Source of the DNA: a virus
Lineage: Duplodnaviria > Caudoviricetes
Virus record (IMG/VR): IMGVR_UViG_3300014204_000009
Location: 27,966 to 91,965 of that record
Length of the DNA: 64,000 nt
Reading direction: 5' to 3' (one strand)
The notes under the pieces were generated by a model. That model saw nothing but the letters and a program-made list of their open reading frames with translations. It was not told the origin of the DNA and did not search any database. Position 1 is the first letter of the stretch. Every line of letters begins with the position of its first letter. Below are positions 31,140-42,330 of this stretch, piece after piece. A program made the translations under genes and the position numbers.

Positions 31140-31907
31140 TTAATAATTAATTGAATTTAAATAAGCTTCCATACCTAATTGTTCATACCATTCATAATCA
31201 TATTTAGGAATATCAATATTATAGAAAGCAGGAACTCTTATAATATTGACTTCATGATTAGTAAAGAATTTAGTAATATGATACAATTCATTACTCTCAT
31301 TTACCATAGAGGCGAGCAGTCTATTAGTAGTAGTATAACTATTAACTTCTTCACTAATAAATCCATTTTTATTACTATTATAAATAACAGTAACTTTTAA
31401 TTTATCCATTACAGGATCAATCTGTTCTCTAGTTAACATAGGAGATACAACCTTAGTTAAATTAGATACTTCATAACTAGTAGGATGTACATTACTTCTA
31501 CCAAATTTAACTATACCAGGTATATTTATACTTGCTCTAATTAAATCTTCTATATTATTATAATTAAATATGAGAGGTTTAAATATCATCAAAGTATCAA
31601 TAGTTTTATTAATAAAAGGTTTATTTAAACTATCAAATATAGCTTTCAACATTAGTTTATTATCTTCAACCTTATAATATTCAGTTCCTTCTTTCTTCCA
31701 AAAGTCTTTAATCATTTCACCTAGTTGAATAGGTTGCATTAGAGTAATAGAACTATAAAGTTGATTAAATAATATACTATTTATATTTCCAATATTAGCA
31801 CTTATGATAACATGAGGAATACCTTCAAAAGATAAGTATTCAGCCATAGCACTAGCTTGAGCACCTCCAAAGAAGGATTTACCAGATAAAATTAATATTT
31901 TATACAT
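31140..31907 (-). CDS. Degenerate patatin-like protein lacking catalytic Ser/Asp motifs
   Basis: ILILSGKSFFGGAQA (cf. LSGGGxRG), VIISANIGNINSIL (cf. GTSIGAINAAL), LIRASINIPG (cf. RASxAIPG); no DGG. Confidence 0.65.
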   Translation of the reverse strand: MYKILILSGKSFFGGAQASAMAEYLSFEGIPHVIISANIGNINSILFNQLYSSITLMQPIQLGEMIKDFWKKEGTEYYKVEDNKLMLKAIFDSLNKPFINKTIDTLMIFKPLIFNYNNIEDLIRASINIPGIVKFGRSNVHPTSYEVSNLTKVVSPMLTREQIDPVMDKLKVTVIYNSNKNGFISEEVNSYTTTNRLLASMVNESNELYHITKFFTNHEVNIIRVPAFYNIDIPKYDYEWYEQLGMEAYLNSINY

Positions 31908-32455
31908 TACATTAGTAATTTATATAGTTTGCTAATGAATTTAAAATCATTATAAAATTCATTAAATATCTTATGATTATCTTCATTTTTTAATATATAT
32001 GCAGGATGATAAGTAAAAAAGTAAACTATATCATTATTAATAATATATTTACCTCTATATTTACTTATCATTGCATTTTCTTCACCAGTAATTGTTTTTA
32101 AAGCAGTATTACCTAATCCAACAATAACTTTAGGATTATATAATTTAACTTCAGTCATTAAATATGGAAAACAATTATTTATCTCATGAATATAAGGAGT
32201 TCTATTACCAGGTGGTTGACATTTTATAACATTATTAATAATAATACCTTTTGATCTATTAATATTAAAATGTTTAAACATTCGATCTAGTAATTTACCA
32301 GCTTTACCTACAAAAGGTAATCCTAATCTATCTTCTGTAGAACCAGGAGCTTCACCAATCATCATTATTTGACAATTAGTGAAATCTCCTGATGGATTAA
32401 CAATGTTTCTTCGATTAACACAAAGAGAATCACACTTAAAACAATTAGTTATCAT
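31907..32455 (-). CDS. udg: Family 4 uracil-DNA glycosylase (Fe-S)
   Basis: CFKCDSLC, GEAPG, PFVGKAG, KCQPP.NRTP, YHPAY. Confidence 0.93.
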   Translation of the reverse strand: MITNCFKCDSLCVNRRNIVNPSGDFTNCQIMMIGEAPGSTEDRLGLPFVGKAGKLLDRMFKHFNINRSKGIIINNVIKCQPPGNRTPYIHEINNCFPYLMTEVKLYNPKVIVGLGNTALKTITGEENAMISKYRGKYIINNDIVYFFTYHPAYILKNEDNHKIFNEFYNDFKFISKLYKLLM

Positions 32456-32670
32456 TTTATAGTTTTTATTTTAGCCCTGTATATTGCAATATAACTACTA
32501 TCATCAACAAAATGACCACTTATATAATATGATTTATTATCAGGATAATAATTAACCTCATGTAGTTTAATAGATCTTCCTATATAAGCGTTCCTATTAT
32601 CAAAATGAGCACTATTATTAGTAATATTTACTAATTTAACTATATCTCCAGGTTTAAATTTAGTTATCAT
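32452..32670 (-). CDS. Small protein, paralog of 27652-27903
   Basis: Likely start MITKFKPGDIV; cf. LKPGDIVEII..YAIKVKK. Confidence 0.55.
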   Translation of the reverse strand: MITKFKPGDIVKLVNITNNSAHFDNRNAYIGRSIKLHEVNYYPDNKSYYISGHFVDDSSYIAIYRAKIKTIK

Positions 32671-32674
32671 AACT

Positions 32675-33091
32675 TTAATTATTAATTTCTTTAATATATT
32701 GTATTTTCTTACCAAGAATAACAGGGCTTAATGTTTTATCTACCATATACTCTCCTGCGTATAATCCAGTAGATAAAACAAGTTTTATAACAACTATATC
32801 AAAAGTAGTATCTCTATACCATCCTAATAATTCATTCTTATGTATAAAAGCATCATTTTTATCTATATATCCTGCTGTTCTACCTACCATTACAGGTTCA
32901 AATGCCCAACCTTTAAGTATATTATCTATAAAATTATAAGTCAATCTGATTTGTGATTCAGGAATTGTTACGTTTCCTAATTTATATTCTATTCCAGTAG
33001 CAGGACTATAATATTTACCATCCTTTTTACAGGCAACTTTATAAACTGTTGCTCTACTTCTTTTATTTATTTTACCAACTATATTGCACAT
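32675..33091 (-). CDS. Hypothetical protein, paralog of 30707-31135
   Basis: VYKVACKKDGKYYSPATGIEYK.G.V. Confidence 0.65.
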   Translation of the reverse strand: MCNIVGKINKRSRATVYKVACKKDGKYYSPATGIEYKLGNVTIPESQIRLTYNFIDNILKGWAFEPVMVGRTAGYIDKNDAFIHKNELLGWYRDTTFDIVVIKLVLSTGLYAGEYMVDKTLSPVILGKKIQYIKEINN

Positions 33092-33099
33092 AGTTTTAA

Positions 33100-33766
33100 T
33101 TATTTATTCCAATTATCAAATATAATAACATATTTATCCTTTTTAATAGAATCATCCTTTTCTATAACAAAATGAAATATAAAAGGAGCTTTAGAAGTCT
33201 CGCCACAATAAGCAATTTTACCTATTTTACTATAAGTTTCAATAGTCTGTTCACCTATATACATAAAATACATAGTCCAATATCTTTCTCCAATAGGTTT
33301 ATCATCTGCCCATATTTTAATTGATTTAAACCAATTAATCATAGTACCTACATAATATTTAATTTTTAATTTCATATTATTTAATATTAAATAGTTTATG
33401 TAATTTAGCTTTAGTATCAGCATCAACTAATAAACCTTTAACAACTTCATTAAATATTAAACCTTGATAAGTTTCAGCATTAGTAAGTATATATTTAGCA
33501 AAAGGTTTATATAATGAACAATTATACCATATAATATCTAAAGTAATAGGAATAATAAGATTAGGATTTTTATCAGAATTTGCCTCTAATCTAAGTTCAG
33601 TAAGTGTTCTTCCAATTCTCTTATTAAATTGATCTTTAATACTACATATTGCTATATTTAATTCTAATTCAGTATAATTTTCATTATATCTACCAGCAAT
33701 AGTAAATCTAAGTTGTTTGTAATCTTTTAAACAAACATATCTATGATAATAATATACTTTTTCCAT
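33100..33766 (-). CDS. Two hypothetical proteins (33100-33375 approx., 33377-33766)
   Basis: The second has AICS.KDQFNKRIGR, a common phage motif. Confidence 0.55.
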
Positions 33767-33767
33767 T

Positions 33768-34040
33768 TTATTTAATCATTAAACTATCAATTAAATTAGC
33801 ATTTATTGTAAACTTACCATTTATAGTATAAGTATTATCATACATATTAAAATCTGTAATAAGTAAAGTATCTTTATGCATTACTATTTTCTTACCTAAA
33901 TAAGATTTCATATGAGTAGTTTTAATCCCTTTTTCTTCAGCATCTTTATCACAATTTCTCAAACATAGAATAATAATTGCAATAACACATAAAATAAATA
34001 CAACACTTGAAATAAATTCTTTAGTTTCTATATCTTTCAT
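33768..34040 (-). CDS. Membrane-anchored protein
   Basis: N-terminal TM helix; DTL and DSL sequons in the C-terminal domain. Confidence 0.6.
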   Translation of the reverse strand: MKDIETKEFISSVVFILCVIAIIILCLRNCDKDAEEKGIKTTHMKSYLGKKIVMHKDTLLITDFNMYDNTYTINGKFTINANLIDSLMIK

Positions 34041-34052
34041 AGTTCTAATTAT

Positions 34053-34310
34053 TTAATATAAATCTTCACTATATAATTCATAACTATCAAGTTTTTTAAC
34101 TTGTTTAGATTTAATAGCTATTACAGCAGCTTCTTTTCTACTAACAAATCTACCCTTATTAGTAAGAAAACCTTGATGAAAAGGATTTCTAGAAACATTA
34201 ACAGATTGCCATAGTATATTAGCATGTCGAAACCCACAATAAATAAGTGGTTTTCCAGCCATATCCTTTTCTTCAGGATTATGTATAGCAGCACATAGTA
34301 TCTTTTCCAT
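34053..34310 (-). CDS. Conserved small phage protein
   Basis: CAAI..GFRH..QGFLTNKGRFVSRKEA..IA..Q..LYSEDLY. Confidence 0.7.
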   Translation of the reverse strand: MEKILCAAIHNPEEKDMAGKPLIYCGFRHANILWQSVNVSRNPFHQGFLTNKGRFVSRKEAAVIAIKSKQVKKLDSYELYSEDLY

Positions 34311-35749
34311 TATAATAATATTATTACTTTATTGCTAGCACGACTTAATGAGGTATAAATCAGTTTTAGCATCATATCTTTATAATCTTTATTGACATCA
34401 GTCCTTTTAAAGTATCTTCCATACTTTTTATAATAAATGATATCTCTAATATTTATAAACATATTCTCAATAGTTGATCCTTGTAATTTATGAACAGTTA
34501 CACCATAACCATAATCAATATCCTTTTTAACCCAACCTCTTGAATTACCATCAGGTTTAAGTAAAGCAAAATCAACCATAACTAAGTGCATATTCTTAAA
34601 GTTATAATATTCCTTCCATCGTTGAGTTCTTAAGCTAGCATGACTATACATAGCTATTTCATGATAATGATTAAGAATATTATAAAACGTACCAAATGTA
34701 GAATGAGTATGATCTACAATCATAATAGTTGTAGGTTTACCATCAGTAACTGAAATAAGATTTACTATAAATTCTTTAAATCCTAATTCAGAGTATCTTT
34801 CATATACATCATCAATAATATAATCTTCACTATTAATTAAAATAGGATTCATATTATTATCAACAATATTTTGATATGCCATTAATACATCATTCTTATT
34901 AAGTATTGTATGACAATTTGGAATAATTTGATTTCTAACATATTTATTCCAATTTAGTATGGTCTCGTTAGTATATGCAGCATATTTACAAAAGTCAATA
35001 TTCTTAGAGAATTGATCACTTTGAAAATAAGCTACACAATTAGATGCAAATTGAGCATCAGGCATAACCATATATCCTACATCTTCTTCTACTATAATAT
35101 TAGTAGGATTAGATTTAAGAAAATCAATTGAAGTTAAAGTTCCATTAATAACATCATTTCTAGCTATTGCTAACAATTCTAATAATGGATTACCTTCTTC
35201 TTGTCTAACAATATCAGTAAGTTCAAATACATGAGTCTGATTAAATGTCAGACTCTCTTTCTCACCAACAGGGGGTAATTGATACTTATCTCCAACATAT
35301 ACAATCCTTACATTATACTGTCTAGCTCTGAGTTCATTAAGTTTAAATATTCCAGCATTTACTTGAGAACATTCATCTATAATAATAACATCATAATTCT
35401 TAATATGAATAGTACCTAAACTATCATACTTAACATTATCAATATTAAATGTTTCAAGACTTGTATTAGGTCTTAGTCCATGTAATGCATGAATAGTTCT
35501 ACCTTTCTGTCCAGTCATAATCTCTATGACACGTACAGCTTTATGGGTAGGTGCTGTAACAGCAATTCTCTTACCCCGCATGATGTTCTTGATAAGATAA
35601 TTTAATATATATGTTTTACCAGTACCAGCAGCACCAGTAATAGTATATATTAAATCATCTGTATCCCACCATTCAGTAAAATCTCTTATTAGAGCTTCTT
35701 GAGAGTTGCTAAAACTATTAGATTGAATAATAGCATTTTTAAAGTCCAT
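34310..35749 (-). CDS. Dda/RecD-like superfamily 1B helicase
   Basis: GAAGTGKT, APTHKA, DECSQ, GDKYQLPPV, VRQ, TVHKLQGST, YTSLSRA. Confidence 0.93.
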   Translation of the reverse strand: MDFKNAIIQSNSFSNSQEALIRDFTEWWDTDDLIYTITGAAGTGKTYILNYLIKNIMRGKRIAVTAPTHKAVRVIEIMTGQKGRTIHALHGLRPNTSLETFNIDNVKYDSLGTIHIKNYDVIIIDECSQVNAGIFKLNELRARQYNVRIVYVGDKYQLPPVGEKESLTFNQTHVFELTDIVRQEEGNPLLELLAIARNDVINGTLTSIDFLKSNPTNIIVEEDVGYMVMPDAQFASNCVAYFQSDQFSKNIDFCKYAAYTNETILNWNKYVRNQIIPNCHTILNKNDVLMAYQNIVDNNMNPILINSEDYIIDDVYERYSELGFKEFIVNLISVTDGKPTTIMIVDHTHSTFGTFYNILNHYHEIAMYSHASLRTQRWKEYYNFKNMHLVMVDFALLKPDGNSRGWVKKDIDYGYGVTVHKLQGSTIENMFINIRDIIYYKKYGRYFKRTDVNKDYKDMMLKLIYTSLSRASNKVIILL

Positions 35750-35755
35750 TATAGA

Positions 35756-38700
35756 TTATTTAGGAAGAGGTTTCATTTCATGTATATTATTATCTAAAGT
35801 ATCTCTAACTTTATATAATAGACTTCTATAATATATATAAGCATGTCTACATTGTTGCATACCTTTAACTTCATGAAGTTTAGATATTCTTTCTGTTAAA
35901 AGTGTATCTAATGATTTAATATCTTCATTAACTTCATTTAATGTATCTTCTGTAATTTTATAATTTCTCATATTAATCAATACTTATAGTGTTTACATTA
36001 ATAGGTTGAATTGTAATATCAGGAATAGTACTATCTTTATCAACTTCTTTTCTTATTTCAAAACAAGCATTCATTTCAGATATATTATAATATTGTCCTG
36101 ATATATCAATAATAAATTCAGTACAAGTAATACTAATTTCAGAATTAAATATAATTTTCATATTAGAAAGGATTAACAATTAAATCAATTACTTTAAGTA
36201 TAGCTATCTCATAATTATAGATAATTTTATTCATAATAGAATTAGAATATATCTCAATATTATCTTTATCTAATAGAACACCAGTTTTTCTTTCAATACG
36301 ATCTTTAGCTTGTTCTATATTAGGATAAAATATAACATATGATTCTTGATCAGCATGGATTCCATAATTATACTCATCTTCAATGAACATAATAATAATA
36401 CCTAATTGATATTCAAAAGGTAGAGTATAAAATATATTAGATGACAATTTAGATTCATAATTAGCCTTATACCAAGCTACAAAATTAGTCTTTAATGTAG
36501 TGGTAGTTGCTAAAATCTCTACAAATTTACTAGCCATTACTTATATATTATAAATAATGATAAAATAAATAATATATTCAAATTAGTAGGTTGTTGGTTA
36601 GTAAATACAAAATATAATACATATAGTATTAGAATCATATTTACTATAGGTTTTATAAATTTATAGAATATATTATATGGTTTAATCCATCTCATAAGTT
36701 TAATCTTTAATTTTAGTAATTATAAATTCATTATTTTTAATATATCCTTGTACTCTCATACCATGATATAATGTACTCCATGATTTATAAGCAATATCAT
36801 TAGCTGCCCCTTTAGCAATCTTAGTTTTAGTCCAAGCTTCATGCTTATCATTAGATGGTAAAGAATAAAGAACAGTGGCTGTTCTTATATTAGGTACTAG
36901 AACGTGAATAAGATTACCCAATATTCTCACAAACCACTGCTCACCTTTATATATAATTATATGATAGATAGGAGCTGATTTAACCTTGGGTTTGATAGCT
37001 CCTTTGAAATTAAGTATAGCCATAATAAAAATTATTTACTTTCTAAGATTACCTACAATAATAGCATGTTTTATAACATTAACTATTCTAGTACATGTTA
37101 TACTCACTGTCGTTTCAATTTGACTTAATGGATGTTTCTTAAATGTTTTAGTTTCAGTAAAAGTTTTGTAAATATACTGAAATACAGTCTTATATTTACC
37201 TGCTGGAAATATATAAAGTTTAGATTTACTTCCTCCAGGTGTATGAAGATGTGATCTGCGTTCTCTACGATTAGAGCCTTCATTATAGTAATTCTCTCTT
37301 AATGAATTACCATGTGAATCTACCATTTTACCTTTAAAAGGTACATTAGTTGCTTGTTCCATAATTGTTTTTATAAATAGTTTAAAACTTGTCTTAAAAT
37401 ATCAAATCTTTTTATTTTACCTTCTTCTTCATCTTTCATTTTAGAAAACCAAAATTCCTTATCAGGAATAGTTATATTAGAAGGTACAAATTTCATAATT
37501 TCAGGATAATTATAAATATTATAATATATATTAAACCATATAGGCTCAGTTGTTAGTTTTAATTCTTTAGCACACATATAAAACATATTACAAAATCCAA
37601 ATTTCCCTTCATCATATATAAATTCATTAGTTCTGAGTTTCTCATAAGCTAATCTATATATTCTATATCTAGTTTTTTTATTAATTAGTAACTTTGTCAT
37701 AATATTGTTTTTAATAAATTTCAATTCTTCTAATATTATCATTATTATTATCATTATTATTATCATTATTATTATCATTATTATTATCATTTTTAGCATG
37801 AATAATAATATTAATTTCAAAATAATTTCTAATATTAGATTTAATTTTTAATATAGTTTTTCTAAGTCTTTCCATATTATTAGTAGGAAATAACATACTT
37901 TTATCATATTGAAAATAAGCATTATTACTCATTTTATTAGATACTCTCGTAGGTATTATAATTAAATACCTTTTATCTTGATAAACTATCCTATTTTCAT
38001 AAGACTTACCAAGTATCTTAACAATTTCTTCTTTTGTTATATAATCTTTTGGTTTCATAGTTTTAATTATTTAAATATGTTTAATATACTTTATAATATT
38101 TCTAAAATTAGGTTTAGATATAGTTTTGAATTGATTTCTAGCTATATCTTTAATAATACAATTAGCAAGTGCTATATCAAATATACGACTAGTACATTTA
38201 ATTATTGAGCCTTCAAAACCATCTTTTTCACACTTATCATAATCATGTAATGTAGGTTTATCAATACGAACTTTATCTCCAATTTCTACTGGAGATAACT
38301 TTTGAAAAAGCTCTCCAATAATAATATCATTATCTGATACTTTATTATAATCACGATAAGCTATTTCACCTATCATATTCTTACCTGTTTTAGCAAAGCC
38401 AAAATACTTTGCTAATTTACAAGCAACCTTAGGATATTCAATGTATTCATTTCCATGGATAATAGTTACTGAATTATTAGTAACTTCTTCAGCTACAACC
38501 ATCCATTCATTAACAAATACAAAACAACCTGGTACTATACGACCAGGATCAGGAAAGAGTCTAACAATACATTTTCTTGTTTTCATAAGATAATTAATTT
38601 ATTTAGTTTTATTATTAGCAACTATTTCTTTAAGTATATTAAGACGTTTTGTTATTCCTGATGTAACTCTCATTCCATCATCACAATCTATATAAGTATG

Positions 38701-39661
38701 ACCATTACTAATTCTATCTAAAATACAATGTAATTCAGGATAGTGTCTAATATAATAATAATTATGAACATCTTTATATTTAAAATCTATAGCTATTAAT
38801 AGAAATAGATTACAAAGTCCAGATAAACCATGATTACCATTCTCCATTCTTCTAATAGCTTCATTATAAATTCTAAATCTCTTTGCTTTAGGTATTGTTG
38901 TCATAGGTTTAATTATTAGTAAGTAATAAATAATAAAATAATCCCCATATAATAGGTGTTATAATCCTATATATAATAAATAATAGAACATTATTTCTAT
39001 ATGTAGGATTACTAAGAAAAGCAATAACATTACTTATAAACATTAATGTAATAAGTAAACTTATTGTAAATACAATAGCTAATATAATATCATTCATAGT
39101 TTTAATTATTTAATCTTCATAATATTGTTTAATAAAAGGAGTTTCTCTAATATCACACATAAATTGATATTGATAAGGTCTAGCAATTTGTAATAGGTGT
39201 AATATGTAATACTTTAATTGTTTTCATAAAAAAGTATATTAAATTTAACATTATTTAATTCAACAATAAACTTTTTAGGATTATCAATTCCATAATCTAT
39301 TAATATATCATTATATTTATTAATTATAGAATCTAAATCTATATCATTACACTCTTTAATTATATTATGTAATAATTTCTCAAATGTTTTAATTGTTTTC
39401 ATAATATTATTGATAAAGATTTATATTATTAAGTTTAGCAAATTCTAAATCAATTCTTCTAAAATGAACCTCACATATAATATCAGATTCAGTATATTTT
39501 ACATCAAATACTTGAAGAATAGTAGGAAGTTTCATATCTTTAAAATAAGATACAAATATATCTTTAACTTGAATATGTTCTCCTATTCTAGGAACAATAG
39601 ATAAATCAGGAAACTTACCCCCTTTATATTTATCTATATTAGTTGCTATAATAATTTTCAT
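35756..39661 (-). CDS. Cluster of small early-type hypothetical proteins (35756-35980, 35973-36179, 36163-36537, 36700-37023, 37036-37362, 37371-37700, 37711-38058, 38071-38586, 38599-38904, 38909-39097, 39214-39402, 39407-39661)
   Basis: Co-oriented ORFs; 37371-37700 and 38599-38904 are paralogs; 38909-39097 has two TM helices. Confidence 0.55.
37735..37791. repeat. 12-bp tandem repeat (attatcattatt) x4.75
   Basis: Encodes NDNN repeats at the C-terminus of 37711-38058. Confidence 0.9.
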
Positions 39662-39676
39662 AGTTTTAGTTATTAT

Positions 39677-40039
39677 TTATCCCCAAAGTCGTGATTCAAT
39701 TATTTTAATAGTAACTGGTTTATTCATCCATTCAGTAAGCTTTTTAGTAAGATTATCAATCTCACAACCAGCTTTACCAATAAGTAGTCCAGGTCTTAGT
39801 AAAGTAATAGTAATAATAATATTAGATTTATTGTCTTTTACTTTAATATCTGTAATACCTAATTGATGTGTATATACTTTTTGAAGAGTCCATTTCTCAT
39901 CATAGTGTTCATATCCATCAAAATAACCCTTAATATGATGTCTGATTTTCCAATCAATAGTATCATATTTATTAAGATCATATTTAGGTTTAATATGTAA
40001 CCAAATCATAAACTGTTTTAATAGTCTTTTTACTTTCAT
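39677..40039 (-). CDS. Type II KH-domain protein resembling ribosomal protein S3 N-terminal domain
   Basis: ITITLLRPGLLIGKAGCEIDNLTKKL..V.IKIIE (GxxG loop). Confidence 0.75.
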   Translation of the reverse strand: MKVKRLLKQFMIWLHIKPKYDLNKYDTIDWKIRHHIKGYFDGYEHYDEKWTLQKVYTHQLGITDIKVKDNKSNIIITITLLRPGLLIGKAGCEIDNLTKKLTEWMNKPVTIKIIESRLWG

Positions 40040-40931
40040 AATATTACCCGTTAAGTCGATAGTACATCTATTAAGTTGTTATTTAAATATTTCAAAACTA
40101 CTATCATGTATATTAATCTTGTATACTCCTAATCTATCTTTAGGATTTATAGATTGATCTTTATAATTTTTATCATAACAATCAAAAGAGTATTCATTAT
40201 TAATAAATAGAAAATCAGTACTCTTCATAGAATTTGTATTTATAAATTAAAAATAAATTGAGTTTTATTCTATATGAGTATCATATATAATAATATCTAA
40301 ATCTATATCTTCATGATTTGAATCAGATATTATAATACTATTATTTTCTTTTATTATTAGATTTAGTAGATCATCTAATGTAAGTAATTCTTCAATTCTT
40401 TTATTAGAATAGTTAGAAGCATAAGTTATTTCAGCTTTCATATTAAATAAAATTAAGATTAAAAATTAATTTATTACATTATATTATGTAATAATATACT
40501 CTTTGTTTTGAATTATATTACTTGTAATATAATTTGTTATATTATACCAAATTAATGGTTAAGAATTGTATATAAAATCAAATATAATAGTAATACAATT
40601 CAGATAAGTAATAGAAAATTACATTATATTATTAAAGAAAGGAAAGAAGCAAGATAAACACTTTTGGTGTAACTAGATCCTGCTTCCCAGACAACCTTAC
40701 ATATTATAGTATCAGCTAGTTTTCTGGCATAATAGCTGGTATTAATGGTCTTTCTCCATAGTACACTACTACAACACTATCTTATTCACTTATTCTATTT
40801 AGATATATCCTTACAATAAGTCAGGATAGTAAAGTTATCTCTATCATTATATAACTGATTTTACAGTATTTATATCATAGTAAGACTTATTGTTATGCTT
40901 CTACTAATATAATGATAGTCCATTCTTAATA

Positions 40932-41129
40932 CTAATCATTCAATGATTCAATTCTTGTAACTGGTACAAAATAAGCTGAACTTCCAACTTCAACATGACC
41001 TTCTATATCTTGTGCCAATATACATTCATTAAACCATTCTTTATCCATAAGTTCCTGACTTTCAGGCCATGTAACAAGTATATAAAAATCTAATCCTTCC
41101 ATAATAGTTATTATTAAAATGTTCAACAA
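40932..41129 (-). CDS. Small conserved phage protein
   Basis: YILVTWPESQELM..WF.ECIL..GSSAYFVP. Confidence 0.6.
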   Translation of the reverse strand: MLNILIITIMEGLDFYILVTWPESQELMDKEWFNECILAQDIEGHVEVGSSAYFVPVTRIESLND

Positions 41130-41143
41130 TTCAGATTATTAAA

Positions 41144-41174
41144 GGAAGAAGCACTTGTATTAAGTGCTCCCTCT
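41144..41174 (-). terminator. Hairpin terminator
   Basis: gcactt-gtatt-aagtgc core with extended stem, downstream of 41190-41600. Confidence 0.6.
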
Positions 41175-41189
41175 ACTGGATTAACCAGC

Positions 41190-41600
41190 CTAATTCTTGC
41201 TGGAATATAACCGTGGCTCAACAAAGCTGATCCTTGCACAATTAACAAAGCATTCACCTTTCTTAATACCTAAGTTTTCGTGATCTTCGGTAGCTTCATC
41301 ACCCTGAATTAACAGGATATTAAGCTTCTTACCTAATACTGCTTCACCCTGATCATTCTCAATCATATCCGATCTAACAAGGACTGAAGTAATACTACCG
41401 TCTTCAAGCTGAATGCGATAGTTGTAATGTGTAAAGGTAACGCTACCTTCAGTATCTTTACGATACCTGTTAGTAGTAGGATCAATAGAATATTTGAACT
41501 CAAATGCTTTGCGTCTTGTAAGACACGTAGCTGTTGTAAGTTCCATTGGTCGGCTATTGTATTTAGCCTGACGATCGGTAATAGCACTTAATAAATTCAT
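41190..41600 (-). CDS. First gene of leftward block, hypothetical protein (higher GC)
   Basis: Likely start MNLLSA; distinct codon usage. Confidence 0.6.
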   Translation of the reverse strand: MNLLSAITDRQAKYNSRPMELTTATCLTRRKAFEFKYSIDPTTNRYRKDTEGSVTFTHYNYRIQLEDGSITSVLVRSDMIENDQGEAVLGKKLNILLIQGDEATEDHENLGIKKGECFVNCARISFVEPRLYSSKN

Positions 41601-42298
41601 AATATATAGATTAGAAGATAGCAACTATCCCTGTAAAATAGTTGCAAAAATGTTAGTTATAGTCGATGACAGGGGACAACGACCTCCATGCACTTTCAGG
41701 GCAATTGAAGTAAGGGGGTTATTGAGAGCACCCATACGCACTACTCTAGAACTTATACTTCCCTTATTAAATAATGTTAAATCTATTATATTTATCATCT
41801 CTATTTTCCTTATCAAATTCATTACTATATTTAGCTACTAGGGTTATTATAATATTATATACTCTTGTATTATATTTAAGTACCTTTAAATTAATTATAA
41901 TGACATTTACATTATTTTTCTCAAAATTAACCTTAATTTTACTAAATTTATTATATCTTTCTATAATTTCCTTAATATTTTGTATAATACTGGTAAAATT
42001 TATTCTAAATTTTATAAAATTAGTAATTTCTTTATAATAATTAGGTGGCGGGGATCTTATATGAATAGTAGACCTATAATTTGTATATTAAGTACCTAAT
42101 ATAGTAAGAGAAGTCACATTTACTATAGTATATACACCATTATCTTATGCTATTTCATTTTCTTCTGGCACGTGACAGATTAATCTCTAGTATAATTAGT
42201 AATTATATTACAATAATTTATCATTTTTTGATTAGTATTTCCAAAATTATACATTGTAATATTTGTAAAATTATTCTATTTTGTAATTTAGTTTTGAT

Positions 42299-42318
42299 TG
42301 TTAATAACCTGTTGATAA
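42299..42318. promoter_or_regulatory. Two tandem DnaA-box-like 9-mers
   Basis: Reverse complements TTATTAACA and TTATCAACA, 11-bp spacing, next to a very AT-rich tract. Confidence 0.4.
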
Positions 42319-42330
42319 CTTTTAAAACTT

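Noticed and set aside
37701-37820. MIIIMIII hydrophobic N-terminus of track ORF 37371-37820
   Set aside because: Alternative-frame reading of the 12-bp repeat; real start probably 37700
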